Notes: generated by a model not told the origin, from the letters alone. DNA of 64,000 bases from an uncultured virus (IMG/VR IMGVR_UViG_3300027869_000007) (IMGVR_UViG_3300027869_000007), one strand, 5' to 3'. Counted from the stretch's first letter, positions 34,813 through 45,146 are shown. Program-made: numbers and translations.

Positions 34813-35280
34813 CTAACGCTTCTTCGAATAAGCAGCGACCTCATCAGGAGTGAGGAACGCGCCACCGACCGCCTGTGGGAGCGATCCCATCACAGTCGTC
34901 GGATTAAATCCTGGAGGAGCCTTAGCTGTAGAAGGCCCAACCACTACCTGACGTCCGCTCTTCTTGGTGCCATACACCGCGCCGAGCGAGTTGAAGTAGG
35001 ACATGAGACCCGCATCGCCAAGCGAGTCCATATGGCAGGCATACTTCGAACGCCCGCCTGACATCGCCTGCGATAGAACCGAGCCAGCTGTAAGAGCAAC
35101 ACCTGCAAGCAGGTCGACAGGCAGCCCCTTAATCAGGGTCTTCTCTCTGTAGTACCCCTTCAGGTAGCCAAAGAGCGCCGCGCCGGCATACTTCTCGCCC
35201 TTACCAATGAGATAGCCCGATAGCCCGTACCTGTGATGAACCGCAGGAGCCGCATACTTCAACTTAGCCAAAAAACTCAT
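34813..35280 (-). CDS. Membrane-associated virion protein, first gene of the left arm
   Basis: 155 aa with hydrophobic Gly-rich helices; RBS GAGG. Confidence 0.6.
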   Translation of the reverse strand: MSFLAKLKYAAPAVHHRYGLSGYLIGKGEKYAGAALFGYLKGYYREKTLIKGLPVDLLAGVALTAGSVLSQAMSGGRSKYACHMDSLGDAGLMSYFNSLGAVYGTKKSGRQVVVGPSTAKAPPGFNPTTVMGSLPQAVGGAFLTPDEVAAYSKKR

Positions 35281-35476
35281 TCTGTGTCCTCAGCCTAGTC
35301 AAGATCTCGATCTGATCTAAGCAGTTTTGGGACTTTTTGTCCCCGTCAAGATAAATCTACAGGCATAAGATTAACTTGTAAATAAATAATTTCATTCAAG
35401 AAAACTTTTTTCTTGTGTTGTAAACACTTGTTTTTATAAGATCAGCCGTCGACGATAAATTTGAATAGAGGCTTGT
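35281..35476. promoter_or_regulatory. Divergent control region between the structural and replication arms
   Basis: AT-rich intergenic strand switch; short inverted repeat GGGAC-TTTTT-GTCCC. Confidence 0.55.
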
Positions 35477-36097
35477 TTGAGTAGACCTAAAAATAACAAT
35501 AGTGAGAGCAAATACGTAGTATTAGCTGCTAGAGTCACTGCCAGTTTTCACAAGAGAGCGCGTGCGGTAAGCAAGATTTATCGCAAAGACATAGCGCAAA
35601 TGATCAGAGACGGTCTTCTCCTTCAAATCGAATCTCTTGAAGAAAAACACCGTCGAGAACAGCAACTAATGGAGTCTGATAGAAACCGTTTACGAAGAAG
35701 GTTAGCGCCGACAACCTTCGAAAATGAAGACGCTGCTTCGATCACGTCTCCAAAAAATAACAAAAATGATGATCTGGCTAAAATTTACGAGCAAAACGCC
35801 AGGTTAGTCATCTCTGTCGGCAAGAATTCCAACGAAATTAGGCGTATAGCCGCGTCGACAGTCAAGGCTATACGACGACAAAAGCCTCTTTTACCACCTC
35901 CTGAGCATGAAATCCTCAAACGCCTTGAAGACGAAGTAGCTCGCCTTCGCGGTATCGGTCTAACCGAAGCTAAGACTTACGACAATTTCGTCGAATCGAT
36001 CATAGACCCGGACAATGTAAAGACTTATGGCGACATACAGGAAGACAACGAAGAGGTTGACTCAGGAGACGAAACGGATATAGACTCGGCGTCATGA
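35477..36097 (+). CDS. Putative ribbon-helix-helix-like DNA-binding protein
   Basis: YVVLAARVTASFHKRARAVSKIYRKDIAQMIRDGL beta-alpha-alpha pattern. Confidence 0.5.
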   Translation: MSRPKNNNSESKYVVLAARVTASFHKRARAVSKIYRKDIAQMIRDGLLLQIESLEEKHRREQQLMESDRNRLRRRLAPTTFENEDAASITSPKNNKNDDLAKIYEQNARLVISVGKNSNEIRRIAASTVKAIRRQKPLLPPPEHEILKRLEDEVARLRGIGLTEAKTYDNFVESIIDPDNVKTYGDIQEDNEEVDSGDETDIDSAS

Positions 36098-36561
36098 GAC
36101 TTGTTGTTGTCGAATCGCCTTTCGCTGCCCGTAATCCCGACGGTTCTTGGGATCATGAAACTGTTGAAGAAAATCTCCGATACTGTCGAGCCGCAATGAA
36201 CGATTGTCTGCTGCGCAATGAGTCTCCTTACGCTAGTCACTCGCTTTACACGCAACCCGGGGTTCTCAACGATCAGGTCCCCGAAGAACGAAATCTTGGC
36301 ATGAAAGCAGGCTTTGCTTGGAATAAATACGCTGAAGCGTCTGTAGTGTATATCGACCGTGGAATTTCCTCAGGTATGCGCGCCGGAATAAAAAACGCTG
36401 TTGAACATAAGCGTCCTATTGAAATTCGTTCTTTAAGCGATTGGTCTAATAACTTTATCGATTCTTATAGATTAGCCGTTACAGAAACTATCGGCAACGC
36501 CTATCTTGAAGTGTCCAAAGACGCTATTATAGACTTTGCTACTTACGATGACAACGAGTAG
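36094..36561 (+). CDS. Conserved phage protein (DUF4406/nucleoside deoxyribosyltransferase-like fold)
   Basis: LVVVESPFA..ESPYASHSLYTQ..VVYIDRGISSGM. Confidence 0.6.
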   Translation: MRLVVVESPFAARNPDGSWDHETVEENLRYCRAAMNDCLLRNESPYASHSLYTQPGVLNDQVPEERNLGMKAGFAWNKYAEASVVYIDRGISSGMRAGIKNAVEHKRPIEIRSLSDWSNNFIDSYRLAVTETIGNAYLEVSKDAIIDFATYDDNE

Positions 36562-36564
36562 CAT

Positions 36565-36945
36565 GTGTCTGCCGACCCTCGCGCACGTGCTGTCGCTCTC
36601 GCTAACAAGCTTCTAGCTCTAGCTGCACCAACAAGCGGTACAACACAAGCTGAACAAGACAGCGCTGCGCAGAAAGCTCTAAAAGTTATCCTGGACAACG
36701 GTCTGGTTACTGCTATTCCTGAAGCTCCGACTAGAAGAAAGCGTAAACCCGCTTCTCGTACTCAGACTGCGCAACCTGTATACAGTCCTCCTGTGTATTA
36801 TCCTGGATCAAATTGGACAGAAGTTTATGTAGCCACTCCGTGTCTATGTGTGGTTTGTAGTACAACCATATTTGCCGGTGATTACGCGTGGTTTGACTCT
36901 TCACAAGGCTATAGACACTACGATATCACTTGTGATAGTGTCTGA
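36565..36945 (+). CDS. DUF2786-like N-terminal domain protein
   Basis: KLLALA..TTQAEQDSAAQKA. Confidence 0.5.
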   Translation: MSADPRARAVALANKLLALAAPTSGTTQAEQDSAAQKALKVILDNGLVTAIPEAPTRRKRKPASRTQTAQPVYSPPVYYPGSNWTEVYVATPCLCVVCSTTIFAGDYAWFDSSQGYRHYDITCDSV

Positions 36946-36966
36946 AAACAGACAGGAAAAAACCAG

Positions 36967-37173
36967 GTGACCAAAAAAGAAAAAGAAATCGTAAGAGAGA
37001 CCTGCGAAACTATCTCTAAAATCATAAGCGAAACTGCTTTTTTACTCGAAGCTCTTAGCAAGGACCTTAGCGATCCTGAAAAGCAAGAACTTCTATTCGA
37101 AACTGTAAAAGCAAATATGCTAGACAGAGATCCTGTAGAGCGTAAGCGCAGTCAGCTCAAGTTGATCAAGTGA
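36967..37173 (+). CDS. Small helical hypothetical protein
   Basis: MTKKE..CETISKII; resembles the next ORF. Confidence 0.5.
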   Translation: MTKKEKEIVRETCETISKIISETAFLLEALSKDLSDPEKQELLFETVKANMLDRDPVERKRSQLKLIK

Positions 37174-37367
37174 CAAAAGTCGAACTGAAAAGGCTACAAG
37201 AAGCTTGTAGCAAAATAATAAAAGCAATAGAAGGAGAGATCAAGGTCCTCTCTTATCTAAGCGACACGTTGAAAGACATCTCAAACAATCACCAAAAGTT
37301 GACCGAACTAGTAGCGCTCATTCCCGATTCTGTCAGGGAAGACAAAAATAAAAATACATTGCAATAA
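37170..37367 (+). CDS. Small helical hypothetical protein
   Basis: MTKVE..CSKIIKAI; GTGA-coupled. Confidence 0.5.
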   Translation: MTKVELKRLQEACSKIIKAIEGEIKVLSYLSDTLKDISNNHQKLTELVALIPDSVREDKNKNTLQ

Positions 37368-37368
37368 A

Positions 37369-37779
37369 ATGGGAGATAACATGACCGAAACCGACAAGGT
37401 AACACTTCTGATCGAAATAATCGGATTGTCTAAGATGCCCGACGCTATCATTGAATCCGAACTGGATTCCATACGAAAAGTTGCAGCCAATGATGAAAAG
37501 GCTAACAATGCCTTAGCAGTTGTCGAAGGCGCTCTAAAGAGTCGACGTAAAGATCTTCTTGTGAAGTTTACCGAAGTCTATAGCAAACACCTAACCCAGT
37601 CTCAAGTAGAGCAACTAATCAATTTCCATACAAGCCCGATTGGAAGACACATCGCCGAAGTAGGTCCAAAGATTCAAGAAGATGTTTCTGAAGTTAGTCG
37701 AGATTGGTTTATCCAAGGAATGAAGAGCGTTGAAACCGACCTTCAGGCCATCCTAAACCCGAATAAGACCGACGTCTAG
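37369..37779 (+). CDS. DUF2059-like protein
   Basis: VYSKHLTQSQVEQLINFHTSPIGRHI. Confidence 0.6.
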   Translation: MGDNMTETDKVTLLIEIIGLSKMPDAIIESELDSIRKVAANDEKANNALAVVEGALKSRRKDLLVKFTEVYSKHLTQSQVEQLINFHTSPIGRHIAEVGPKIQEDVSEVSRDWFIQGMKSVETDLQAILNPNKTDV

Positions 37780-37781
37780 AT

Positions 37782-38243
37782 ATGCAACGCGTTCAACGCT
37801 ATTGTGTCGAGTGTGGTGGTCCTATATCTATGGACTCCGACCCTAGACGCACAAAGTTTTGTAGTTCTTTGTGTCTAAGAAAGTCTAGTGTAAAGCGTAA
37901 ACATCTTTATAACACTGGAGAGCCTTTCACTCCGCTTCCTATTACTCCTGAATTGAAACTGAAGTACGGTTGTCCTGGAAATCCACAACCTGAACGTCTC
38001 ATTCACGATCTAGAAGTTGTAGGCGGTGTCAGGAAGGTAAATTGTAGAAGCTATGGTCGATGTCTAAACCTGGCTTCTGCAGCTAGATGGGAAGGTTTCA
38101 ACTGTAAGTCGTGTGATCAGTACGTCGAATTGTCTGAGGACGCCAAACGATCTGACATGCTCGGCCTGGCGTTGTTGATAGAAGAAATGATGAACGAAGA
38201 TCCTGACGACGAGACGGTTGATGCTGATGAGTTGATGCTTTAA
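37782..38243 (+). CDS. Cys-rich Zn-finger protein
   Basis: CVEC..FCSSLC; CRSYGRC..CKSC. Confidence 0.6.
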   Translation: MQRVQRYCVECGGPISMDSDPRRTKFCSSLCLRKSSVKRKHLYNTGEPFTPLPITPELKLKYGCPGNPQPERLIHDLEVVGGVRKVNCRSYGRCLNLASAARWEGFNCKSCDQYVELSEDAKRSDMLGLALLIEEMMNEDPDDETVDADELML

Positions 38244-38258
38244 AGGAGGAGGTTCCAA

Positions 38259-38657
38259 GTGCTTTTCTTGTACATCTACGCGACCATCGCCGTCCTGGGC
38301 GTCATGTCTATGCCTTCCCACGGTGTCTACTGGAAGCACAAGAATAGAAAGCGGCTGGAAAAATTAGAAAAACATTACAATAAAAAACTAACCTGGTGGT
38401 ATGTAGATGCAATTGATGGAGACATATATAGAAACAAACTTGCGATTTCGTTGCCGGTAACCTTTTTCTTTATGTGGCTCTTTTGGCCTGTGACGGCTTC
38501 CGTCTATGGCATAAGAAGTAGCGCTAGACTCTTCTCTAAAGTCCTCTCCCTTCCTGCACACCTGTTAATCTCCAAAGCACAGGCCGAGGAAGAGCGTAAG
38601 TTACTCATGATTGAGGCAGAACGCGAGGCTGACGAGGTTCTTAGGACGAGCAGGTAG
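38259..38657 (+). CDS. Membrane protein
   Basis: Two hydrophobic helices; RBS AGGAGG. Confidence 0.6.
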   Translation: MLFLYIYATIAVLGVMSMPSHGVYWKHKNRKRLEKLEKHYNKKLTWWYVDAIDGDIYRNKLAISLPVTFFFMWLFWPVTASVYGIRSSARLFSKVLSLPAHLLISKAQAEEERKLLMIEAEREADEVLRTSR

Positions 38658-38713
38658 TTCTGTCCATGCCTTTTCTCCTGGACAGATCGAACAGAAGTTG
38701 CTAGTTTGCGTTC

Positions 38714-39034
38714 ATGAAGCCAAAAAAGCAAATGACGACACTTGTGCTTGACGATACTCCTTTAATTACCGGTAAAACTACGCTAGCGGAGCTTCAGCAG
38801 TTGATCGACACGGCCAATGTTAGCATTACTGTCATTAGCCGAAGGCTGGACGATAAGTACGTAGAGACTGCTGACGGCGAGATGCTGTTTGGGGCGAGCG
38901 TCTACGCTCGCTACAACACAAAGCCCTTTCGACGTACGTATACGTTACTCAAAGAAGACTTGGCTGCGGTCCTTGAGGACGCTCTCTACTGTTTTCTTTC
39001 GGGTAGCAACACTAGAGACAAAAATGAAGCCTAA
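38714..39034 (+). CDS. Hypothetical protein
   Basis: 106-aa ORF in the operon. Confidence 0.5.
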   Translation: MKPKKQMTTLVLDDTPLITGKTTLAELQQLIDTANVSITVISRRLDDKYVETADGEMLFGASVYARYNTKPFRRTYTLLKEDLAAVLEDALYCFLSGSNTRDKNEA

Positions 39035-39707
39035 GTCGAAGTCTAAAACTATAGCAAATAAGCGTGCAGTTAGACCTGCACAACCCAGACGACAAACCAG
39101 GCAAGAACAGATAGCTAATAGAGTCCAAAGCGTTGAACATCTAATATTCAAACTTGCCTCCAAAAATGCCAAATACCTAACTCCTGGAGGTGCTCTAGAT
39201 CTGGACGACCTTATTTCCGCCGGAAATATAGGAGCCTGGTTTGCTGCTGAACGGTTCAACGAAAAATTTGGCACTAAATTCGTTACCTACGCATGGCAGT
39301 ATATTCAGGGATACATTAGTAAGGAACTTAGAAGTCATAATAGAACTGTTCACATACCACAAATCTGCTCAACTAGATCGGAAAAAAATCGGCAAGAAAT
39401 TCTGCTTGCAATAAAATCGAAAACTGTTGGTCTAGACGAAACTAGATCTTGTTACAACGAAAACGAGCTTTCAGCAGAAGATATGGTTATACGAAAATCC
39501 GATATTACTTTTATTTTTAAGGAGATGGATAAATATCTCACGGAACAAGAAAAATATGTACTAGTAAAACATTTTATAGACGAAAATACTTTAAAAGAAA
39601 TCGGGAAACAGATAGGAGGTCTATCTAAAGAAGGTGTAAGACATATTGAGATCTCGGCTTTGACAAAGTTGAAGTATTTGGATGAAGACAACACGTTCGA
39701 ATCTTGA
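39024..39707 (+). CDS. Phage-encoded sigma70-family RNA polymerase sigma factor
   Basis: Region 2 DDLISAGNIG..AERFN..GTKFVTYA; region 4 TLKEIG..LSKEGVRHIE..AL.KLK. Confidence 0.88.
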   Translation: MKPKSKSKTIANKRAVRPAQPRRQTRQEQIANRVQSVEHLIFKLASKNAKYLTPGGALDLDDLISAGNIGAWFAAERFNEKFGTKFVTYAWQYIQGYISKELRSHNRTVHIPQICSTRSEKNRQEILLAIKSKTVGLDETRSCYNENELSAEDMVIRKSDITFIFKEMDKYLTEQEKYVLVKHFIDENTLKEIGKQIGGLSKEGVRHIEISALTKLKYLDEDNTFES

Positions 39708-39733
39708 CACCGCCACTAGCAAACTGCTAATCT
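39704..39733 (+). promoter_or_regulatory. Sigma70-like promoter for the RNR gene
   Basis: TTGACA-N18-TAATCT with TGn extension. Confidence 0.5.
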
Positions 39734-39756
39734 CATAAAACCGAGGCTAGATCTGA

Positions 39757-41505
39757 ATGACTTACTACGATCCGTCTGGATTTGCGCTAGAAATTTTTCA
39801 AAAACGCTATACGTTACACGAAGCTGAGACGTTCCACGAAGCTTGCGATCGGCTAGCTAACTGTGTCGCGGGTGCAGAAACTAACGGTAACGTCCTAAAG
39901 TATCGTCACGAATTTTCAGAACTGCTGAAGCACAACTACTTCATGCCAGGAGGACGTATCTGGTACGGGGCAGGAAGACCAAAAGGACAACTGCTCAACT
40001 GCTTCGTAGTACCAACAGGAGACAGCCGCGAAGGCTGGGGAAAAACTTTCTACGACGAAACCGTTATTTGCGGCACAGGAGGAGGTCTAGGAATTAACTT
40101 TTCTCCCGTTAGACCTAGGGGGACACTTATTAGTGGTCATAAAGGAGCTGCTACAGGTGCTGTATCGGAAATGATGGCTGTAGACGCTATCGGAGAAGTT
40201 CTAAAGGCTGGTGGCGGTCGTAGAACTGCACTAATGTTTGCTCTCAGCCTTACACACGGAGATATCATAGAGTTTCTTGACAAGAAACTAGATCTAAAGC
40301 AGTTGAACAATGCAAACGTCTCTATCTGGTTTGACGACAATCCCGAAGACTTCTTCGGCAAGGTGAAGAAAGGAGAAATGCTAGACCTCAAGCATAGAGA
40401 TAAAGTCATAGCAACTATTCCGGCTGCTGATATCTGGAACAAGATTGTAGACAATGCTCTAAAAGGTGGTGAACCAGGTCTTTTGAATGGTTACTTTTTT
40501 AACAAGATGTCCAATATCTGGTACTATTCTCCTATCTTATGCACCAATCCGTGCGGCGAGCTGGGGCTTTGTGGTTACGATGCCTGCTGTCTAGGTGCTA
40601 TAGTATTGCCGCGCTTTGTTACAAACAATAACATAAATTGGGAACTGCTTAAGCAGTCGGTACACACTGCTGTTCGATTCCTTGATGACGTTCTAGACGC
40701 GAATAATTTCCCTCTTCCTGAAATAAGAGAAGTCTGCCAAACCATCCGACGCATTGGTTTAGGCGTCATGGGCCTTCATGACATGCTTCTAATGCTTGAC
40801 CTGAAGTACTCGTCTTCCGAAGGTCTAGAAATGGTAGACAAGGTGATGGGGTTTATCAAAAACTCTGCTTACGAAGCCTCTATCGATCTGGCAAAAGAAA
40901 AGGGTTCGTTTCCTGCCTTCGACGCAGACAAATTCCTAAAAGGAGGGTTTGCAAAGACACTAAAGCCAAGTATCAGATCGGCTATCAAGGAAAACGGTAT
41001 TCGAAATTGTGCCATTCTAACAATTGCTCCTACCGGAACGACTTCACTTGCATGTGATGTCTCGTCTGGAATTGAGCCGATGTTTGCGGCTGCTCATATT
41101 CGAAAATTCCGCGATGGCGATGAACTAAAATCCGAAGTTGTCGTTCATCCTCTATTCAAGCGTTTCGTCGAAGAAGGTCGAAGTGTAAAGCACTTCCAGG
41201 GTTCTCACGACCTCAAACTTCGTGACCATTTCGAAATGCAGCGTGTTTGTCAAAGGCATCTTGATAATGCTGCGTCTAAGACTATCAATGTTCTGCCTGG
41301 GACCTCGCCATCCGAGCTTTCCGATATGTACATGGAGTTTTTCCCCGATTTGAAAGGTGTTACTGTGTACCCTGAAGGCAGCCGAGAAGACCAACCTCTG
41401 ACACCTATTTCTCTAGAGGAAGCCGTCTTGGCCGCCAAAGGGGATAATAGAGTGCTCAAGAGCTATGCTAAAGATGCTTGCAAAAACGGCTCTTGTGACT
41501 TCTAA
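39757..41505 (+). CDS. nrdJ: Class II (adenosylcobalamin-dependent) ribonucleotide reductase
   Basis: FMPGGR, QLLNCFV, TNPCGE, CCLG, RRIGLGVMG, TIAPTGT, SKTIN; no beta-subunit gene nearby. Confidence 0.9.
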   Translation: MTYYDPSGFALEIFQKRYTLHEAETFHEACDRLANCVAGAETNGNVLKYRHEFSELLKHNYFMPGGRIWYGAGRPKGQLLNCFVVPTGDSREGWGKTFYDETVICGTGGGLGINFSPVRPRGTLISGHKGAATGAVSEMMAVDAIGEVLKAGGGRRTALMFALSLTHGDIIEFLDKKLDLKQLNNANVSIWFDDNPEDFFGKVKKGEMLDLKHRDKVIATIPAADIWNKIVDNALKGGEPGLLNGYFFNKMSNIWYYSPILCTNPCGELGLCGYDACCLGAIVLPRFVTNNNINWELLKQSVHTAVRFLDDVLDANNFPLPEIREVCQTIRRIGLGVMGLHDMLLMLDLKYSSSEGLEMVDKVMGFIKNSAYEASIDLAKEKGSFPAFDADKFLKGGFAKTLKPSIRSAIKENGIRNCAILTIAPTGTTSLACDVSSGIEPMFAAAHIRKFRDGDELKSEVVVHPLFKRFVEEGRSVKHFQGSHDLKLRDHFEMQRVCQRHLDNAASKTINVLPGTSPSELSDMYMEFFPDLKGVTVYPEGSREDQPLTPISLEEAVLAAKGDNRVLKSYAKDACKNGSCDF

Positions 41506-41615
41506 GCACTAGATTTGAACAAATCGCCGACAAGCAAGATTTTTTCTTGCTTATCAAATTTAGGCTATTGTATGATCAATATGGGATAGATAATCCTAGA
41601 GAGGTTTTAGACCAA

Positions 41616-42014
41616 ATGGCTAAGCACCGTAAGCATCGCAAGCACAAGAAGCTCTCGAAGGCCGCGCGCCGTAAGATTGCTCTTCGTAACCTGAAGAAGG
41701 CGCACGCCGCTCGTCGCCGTAAGCATCGCGCGAAGAAGAGCCGCAAGCACGGCGGGCACCGTCGCGGTCGTAAGAGCCGTAAGAGCCGTAAGCATCGCGG
41801 TCATCGTCGCGGTCATCGCAAGCACCACGGTCGCCGTCGTCGCGTCCTTGCTTCGCGTGTAGCGCGTCATATGGCTCTCGCCTACAAGGGCGGGGGTTAC
41901 GGATCGACGCGTACACGAGCTGCTATGGGCGGTCCTTCGGTAGAAGCTCATCGAGCGGCATACCGTGAGGAACTGCGCCGTAGGCTTGCAGCGCGTCACA
42001 TGCCTCTGCCGTAG
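41616..42014 (+). CDS. Protamine/histone-like Arg-Lys-His-rich protein
   Basis: MAKHRKHRKHKK...; RBS GAGG before ATG 41616; biased codons. Confidence 0.75.
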   Translation: MAKHRKHRKHKKLSKAARRKIALRNLKKAHAARRRKHRAKKSRKHGGHRRGRKSRKSRKHRGHRRGHRKHHGRRRRVLASRVARHMALAYKGGGYGSTRTRAAMGGPSVEAHRAAYREELRRRLAARHMPLP

Positions 42015-42048
42015 CGTTAGCTACGTGTTCGCCCGTAGCGTTAGCTAC
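42010..42048. repeat. Two tandem palindromes CGTAGC-GTTA-GCTACG
   Basis: At 42010-42025 and 42034-42049, spanning and following the stop codon. Confidence 0.75.
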
Positions 42049-42135
42049 GGTAGGATGCGAGTTTTCGACTTTCTCGTCCTTTTCGTCGTAAATCCACGAC
42101 GAACCAATAAACTTGCATTTAAAATCAAGTGTTTA

Positions 42136-42182
42136 CAGGTCTACACTTTCGTCTTGACAGTCGAAAGCGTTTGAGATAGGTT
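42136..42182 (+). promoter_or_regulatory. Sigma70-like promoter with inverted repeat around -35 (copy 2)
   Basis: TTGACA(42154-42159)-N17-TAGGTT; CTTTCG...CGAAAG flanks; homologous to 8593-8639. Confidence 0.7.
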
Positions 42183-42202
42183 ACGTTTTGTAGGAGGGAC
42201 TC

Positions 42203-42655
42203 GTGACCGAAAAGGAAATCAAGGAGTTGAGAGAGTTGTGTGAGCGGGCTACGCCCGGGCCGTGGAGTGTTCCTGACGCAGGCTACTATGGGCGGTTTGG
42301 TCTGTGCTGGTCGATCAAAGGGCCTAAACCGGCTCAGACTCCGGCTCAGACTAATGAGAGAGATAATGCTAATTTCATCGCCCGTGCCCGTACCGCCCTC
42401 CCTGCGCTGCTCGACGAGGTAGCTTACTACCGAGAGCGAGAGGACTACTTCCAGCGCGTCCTGAAAATCTCCGACGGCGGGCAGTACCGAGCCGATTGGG
42501 AGGCACCCCTGCAGCAACTCATTGTCGACCGCGACAGCCTCCGCGCGCTCATGCGCGAGCTGGTCGAGTGGATGGAACGAAGCGGGATTGAGAGCAGCGA
42601 ATTTTCGGCAGGCTACGACCTCTGGCGCCGCGCACGAGAGGCGGTGAAACCGTGA
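42203..42655 (+). CDS. Ead/Ea22-like protein
   Basis: LRELCERATPGPW...NANFIARARTALPALLDEV. Confidence 0.7.
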   Translation: MTEKEIKELRELCERATPGPWSVPDAGYYGRFGLCWSIKGPKPAQTPAQTNERDNANFIARARTALPALLDEVAYYREREDYFQRVLKISDGGQYRADWEAPLQQLIVDRDSLRALMRELVEWMERSGIESSEFSAGYDLWRRAREAVKP

Positions 42656-45146
42656 CCCAAGATGAACTGGCCGAGCTGCGGGCTCGACAGGCGGCGCGCA
42701 AGCAGGATGACGCGCAATACGTAGCGCGCCCCGCGTTGCTCGACCCGACGCCGACCGCCGAGCAGGACGTGGATGCGCTGCTCGACGATAACGACAGCCT
42801 CCGCGCGCTCGTGCGGGAGCTGGTTAGGTCGCGGGACAGGGCACCATTTGCTAATACCCAAGATTATATTACCGACGCCGATCTCTGGCGCCGCGCACGG
42901 GAGACGGTCAATGGCTGCTGAGGACATACATCTGCAATCCCCCTTCGGCCGTGTGACCGTGTGTGGGTGGCCCATTTGTGCGTTCGTCCAGACGACCTAC
43001 AGCATTGAAGATCCGCCAACGTGCCCCGAGTGTCGCGACGTATGGCAGCGCGCACGAGAAGCGGTGAAGCCGTGAGCATGCACCGAGTCCAAGACGCGAA
43101 GGGTGATGGGGGCGCTCGCTGCCCTCGACAAGGTGAAGTCATGACCGTCGCCGAACTGATAGCAAAACTGCAAGAAGCTCCGCCTGACACTCCGGTACTG
43201 TTTGATACCGAGGCTGCGCTATTCCACGTCCATATGGTTGATATCGACGGCTGTTTCTACGAGCCGGATGCCGGTGTTCCACCATTTGTTGGATTGCACA
43301 CCCGTGCGCCTCGCGAACATATCATGGACGCGGAGATTGCCCACCTCCGCGCCGTGGCCGAGGCGGCGCGGATGTGCAGCGACGAAGGCATGTGGGATGA
43401 ACTGCGCGCCGCCCTCTCCTCCCTCGACAAGGTGCGTGCGCCAACGGAAACGCGACGCGAAATTCTTCCGTTCGGGCCGCACGAAGATCCTTCTACCTGC
43501 GATCACGTGTGGGAGCCTCATTCATGGGAACAAGGGAAACGCTACTGTCCGTATTGTGCGACAACCGCGCCGAGTGACGACAAGGTGAGCGAGCCATGAT
43601 CGCCTGGCTCCTCCGGCTGTTCTGCTCTCACGACTATCACCGGGTTTGGGACGAGCAGGAATACGAAGGCGAGGTCTACGACAGCCCGACAGGTAACTTT
43701 TACTGCCCAAAGTGCGGCTGGAGCAAACGTCCGCTAACCGCCGGAGATAAGGTGCCATGATGCCAAAAGCTATTGACGTTTTTTCTGACTGCAACCATCG
43801 CTACGACGACGGACTGCCCGGACCGTGTTTAGACTGCGTCGACAAGGCCGTCGCCGACGCCCGCGCCGCCGGCTACGCGACGGGTTACGCGGCCGACGTC
43901 ATAGCTGAGCGTGAGCTAAGTCGTCTGAAGGACGGTGGACGATGAGTAAGGAATATCGATGCACGATCTGTAAGCGTCTGTTGATTCATTTCGTGGAACA
44001 TAATTGCAAACCGGCCGAGGCCCGCGCCGCCGGATACGCGGCGGGGATCGAGGATGCGGCGAAACTCACCGAGTCTCGCCGACAGCGCGTGCTCGCCAAC
44101 TCGTCGGACCCGTCGTGGACGGAGCACTTCGCGGAGCTTCAGGGAGAGATCCGCGCGTTGAAGGACGGCGGGCGATGAGCCGATGTGATGTGTGCATGCG
44201 CGACGTGGACGACGGTGTTTCGTGTGGTGACTGCGCGTATAACGGAGAATTAGAGATTAAACAACTGTGCGTCGAGCGCGACCGCGCCATCGCCGAGCGT
44301 GACGCCGCCATTGTGGCGGTCAAGGCGCTGGTCGAGTGCGCAAACATACTGGCGGATGACTGGGAGCACGACAGGGTAACGGAGCGTCAGAGTGTTCGGC
44401 ACATGCCCACGTGCCCGCTGTGCGATGCAGCCGAAGCCCTCGCCGCCACCGCCGCGTTCGCCGACAAGGATGGTGGGACGTGAGGCGCATCTACGAAGTG
44501 GACGGGCCAAGCGTTCCATGGGTCAGGACGAACGACGGGGAGCGCGTGTCGCTGATCCATGTTCTGACTGACTTCGAATCCCGCTTGGCCGCCCTGGAGG
44601 GGCGGTGTGAGCCGCGCCCGTACGCGACCCTCTCCGACGAGGCGGTGCGCAAGCGCCTGCTGGAGGCCGAGGAGAACGTCAAGAACCTCAGCCTCGCGCT
44701 GGCGATCGATGGCCAGGAGCGCGACGCCGAGCGCAGGCGGAAGCGCGAGCCAGAGCAGTCGCCCGACGCCGTGCGCGAGCTGGTGGCGGCCGTGCGGAAT
44801 TTACGAGAGCAACACTGCCTCGGGCACGAGGGCGCTGCCGCTCTCGCCGAGTGTTCGGCGGACTGCGGCGGTTGTCGGGTAGAGCGCGCCCTCGCTGCTC
44901 TCACGGGAGTCTGCGATGAATACAGACGCTCGACCGTATTGTGATCACGGCAGCTTCAAAGGCCCGTGTTCCAACGAAAAACATGAAGCCATTAAGTGTC
45001 TTAATCCTCATAGAGAGGGATATGATCAGAAAGGTAACCTCATCAATCCCATGTTAGCTTTTTCGGTGATGTTGACTAACTATGTTGACAACATTCGATA
45101 TACACCGGATGGACCTGTCTGTCGCTGTTGTAGAGCGCTTGTGTAA
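42203..45146 (+). other. GC-rich array of about 10 overlapping small ORFs (42203, 42652, 42911, 43141, 43596, 43757, 43942, 44175, 44480, 44916) with shared 3' ends
   Basis: ATGA/GTGA coupling, higher GC than the flanks, repeated C-terminal motifs. Confidence 0.7.
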
